Program-made: the position numbers and the translations under genes
From: Porphyridium purpureum
Taxonomy: Eukaryota
Assembly (NCBI GenBank): GCA_008690995.1
Contig: VRMN01000002.1
Coordinates: 1,736,001-1,800,000, forward strand
DNA length: 64,000 bases
Direction of reading: 5' to 3'
The notes under the pieces: model-generated
The model's input: only the letters and a program-made list of their open reading frames with translations
Told to the model about the DNA's origin: nothing
The model's database searches: none
Shown here: positions 61,749 to 64,000 of the stretch, piece by piece
Position numbering within the stretch: the first letter of the stretch is position 1
How the letters are laid out: each line of letters starts with the position of its first letter

Positions 61749-62383
61749 CTTGCTCCTTGCTCCTGCTCCCTTCCAATCCCTCTCTCCCCACTCCCACCCA
61801 AACCTCTTCCCACTCCTCTTCTTCCTTCCCCCCCACAAAACCTTCACCTATCCCTCACATACACACACTCTCTCTCTCTCTCTTTTTCTCTTTCCCGCCT
61901 CCTTTCTTCCTTCCTAGCTTTCTTCTTCTACTAGTAAGTCGTTCGATTTTGTTCTCTAGAAGCAAACCACGGGTCATCATCATATAACTCCAGACAACCA
62001 AGCAACAACAAGGCGCACACACACGCCCCAATCGATACGAACGAAGTTGATATACCCCCGGTTTTAAATGGGCTCTTCAGAATGCGGTCCTTTTTGATAT
62101 GGAGCACGTCAGCCTACGAACTGAACCTTTGGTGGTCACACTGTACCGAACGGTTCAGTGAAAAGCGATGAAGCGTGACTGGTAAAAAGGGGGCGCGCGA
62201 TGATACGCGTGTGCTTTCATGGCAGCGTGTGTGTGTGCGTGTGTGTTTTGTGATGTGAAGGGGAGAGAGGAGAGGGACAGAGGGAAGGTGGGGTGTACAG
62301 TGGTGATGGTGAAGGGGAAAGAGGCGGTAGGTAGTGCGGGAAGGAGGGATGGGGGGGAGAGGAGTCGAAAGGGTGCGGATGGT

Positions 62384-62398
62384 GGGTGGGTGGGTGGG
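62384..62398 (+). promoter_or_regulatory. (GGGT)3GGG G-quadruplex-forming motif about 45 nt upstream of the ATG at 62443
   Basis: Four GGG tracts with 1-nt loops in a long G-rich tract; function not shown. Confidence 0.45.
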
Positions 62399-62442
62399 TA
62401 GGTGGGTAGGTGGGGAGGGATGTTGGGCGCGGAAGAGGTAGC

Positions 62443-63126
62443 ATGAAGGTGTATGCGTTGGTGGTTGGCGAGAGCAAGAAGCATGAGCTAGAGGTAGGGA
62501 CGGCGGAGAGTGCGCCGCGAGTGGATGATGTGCGGAAGCAGGTGTTTGCGTGCGACGCGTTGAAGCTGCGGCCAGATACGCACCATGTGCGGCTCATTGC
62601 CGCGGGCCGCGTGCTCAACGACGCGGCGGCGCTTCTCGACTCGGTCGGCGTGAAGGACGGCATGGTCATTCATGTGCAGGTTGCTGACGCAAAGATATTG
62701 CGCGACCGAGACGTCCAGGGCGCGGCGGAGAGACATTGCGCCACGACAGGCAGCACCGACAGCGACTCGACCAGTCCTGCGCACCCGCCCGGAATGCATG
62801 TTGTTGAAATGGGCGAACTGGGCGGCCAGAGCGACGAAGACATTTCAAACTATAGATTACAGTACATGCTGGAGCTAATGCAGGCCGAGGACGACGAGTC
62901 GTTCTTGCTCGAAGACGGCATGCTCGAGGAGCCGGGCGGCTCCTGGATTGATTTCGTGTGGGGTTTCATGATTGGGTTTCTGTTTGGCGTGATCATGATC
63001 ATCCTCGCGCGCGACCAAACGATTCGGCTGTCGCGGATATGGCGCTCTGGCATCTTGTTCGGCGTGTCTGTGAATGTGATTCTCGGGATGTTTATGCTCG
63101 TCGCCGAGAAGCGGCACCGAATCTGA
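62443..63126 (+). CDS. ubiquitin-like domain plus two TM protein (Dsc3-like)
   Basis: VRLIAAGRVL...GVKDGMVIHV (UBL); DFVWGFMIGFLFG and GILFGVSVN TM pair. Confidence 0.7.
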   Translation: MKVYALVVGESKKHELEVGTAESAPRVDDVRKQVFACDALKLRPDTHHVRLIAAGRVLNDAAALLDSVGVKDGMVIHVQVADAKILRDRDVQGAAERHCATTGSTDSDSTSPAHPPGMHVVEMGELGGQSDEDISNYRLQYMLELMQAEDDESFLLEDGMLEEPGGSWIDFVWGFMIGFLFGVIMIILARDQTIRLSRIWRSGILFGVSVNVILGMFMLVAEKRHRI

Positions 63127-63238
63127 GCGCCGTCAGACACGCGTCCACTTTTTCTGGCCACATGTGTGAATCTGACTTGATGGAATCTCGACATCCAGAT
63201 GAAAGCGCGTCCTTGTATTTATATATATCTTAAAGCCC

Positions 63239-64000
63239 TTATCTCGCGGCGGCCGGTGCCGCACTTTCCTCGTACAAGTACGCGCGCGCCTGCTCGCAGA
63301 ACAATCCCACGGCACGCTCAGGAGTGCCCTGCACGACGCCATGGCCCACGTTCAAAATATGCCTTCCGGTGCCGGCAGCGCGACACACACGCTGCACCTC
63401 CCGCTTGATGTGGTCGTCCGAGCCGAGCAGCACCAGCGGATCCATATTACCCTGCAACACAGCGTCCTTCCCAAACGTCTTGCGCGCGTCAGCCATGTCG
63501 GTCGCCCAGTCAAGTCCCACGACGTTCACACTGGGTGCCAGCTTTTGAATGAGCTCAAGCTTGCCCGCACCACCGTTTGCGAAGAAAATCAACGGGGTGT
63601 CTAGGTGCCTGCGGCGCGCAATTTCAATGCTGCGCAGAGTGTACGGAAGCGAGAACTCGGCGTACTGCGCGGGCGTCAGGTGATGCGCCCAGCTGTCGAA
63701 AAACTGGAGCACCTCTGCACCAGATTCTATTTGGAAGCATGCATACTCTCCCACCATGTCAGCCAGCTTGTCTAGCAGAGAGTGGAGAATCTGCGGCTCA
63801 GAATACATCATGCGCTTGGTGGCTGGGATTTCCTTCTTGCTGGAGCCTTCAGTTGCATATGCGGCCAATGTCCACGGGCAGCCCACAAAGCCCAACAAAG
63901 TACACGCATCACCGATCTCGCTGCGCAATGCAGAGAGCGTTTCGGCCACAAAGGGCAGCTTGGAGTGCGGATCAAAATCCGAGACGGAGAGCACGCGATC
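63239..64000 (-). CDS. hemE: uroporphyrinogen decarboxylase, 3' part; 5' end outside the window
   Basis: GFVGCPWTLAAY, QFFDSWA, LQGNMDP, HILNVGHGV...TP. Confidence 0.95.
   Translation of the reverse strand, partial: DRVLSVSDFDPHSKLPFVAETLSALRSEIGDACTLLGFVGCPWTLAAYATEGSSKKEIPATKRMMYSEPQILHSLLDKLADMVGEYACFQIESGAEVLQFFDSWAHHLTPAQYAEFSLPYTLRSIEIARRRHLDTPLIFFANGGAGKLELIQKLAPSVNVVGLDWATDMADARKTFGKDAVLQGNMDPLVLLGSDDHIKREVQRVCRAAGTGRHILNVGHGVVQGTPERAVGLFCEQARAYLYEESAAPAAAR

Noticed and set aside
1..64000. tRNA, rRNA and transposase or reverse-transcriptase genes
   Set aside because: None recognised by eye; tRNAscan-SE, Infernal and RepeatMasker would be needed to exclude them.

Overview
Gene-dense, apparently intron-free eukaryotic nuclear DNA. 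Plastid transit peptides starting M(x)AF, a PSA2-like gene, BiP, RAD6 and the lack of introns suggest a unicellular red alga such as Porphyridium; the taxon is my inference. About 33 intact genes are present, mostly housekeeping: FSP1-like oxidoreductase, TIM22, GPX, PSD1, TPI, FANCM, cyclin, RPF2, EngB, snurportin, BiP, DIS3, BMT5-like, sirtuin, UBC2, HemE. An accessory block at about 7.5-19.1 kb holds a decayed ABCC transporter, a possible LicD-like relic, and a tandem array of three intact plus one decayed C2H2 zinc-finger genes. These share an unrecognised ~300-aa N-terminal domain and are the best candidate for an undescribed system. Other oddities: a FANCM with an inserted PHD finger and a C-terminal ERCC4-like pseudo-nuclease; a DIS3 with a degenerate PIN site; an AT-hook protein with a P-loop-less STAND-like region; a 9-bp AAACCGTAT array in a bidirectional promoter; a triple-hairpin element; and candidate bicistronic pairs. 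All family calls come from motif recognition by eye, not database searches. Start codons were moved to the most plausible ATG.
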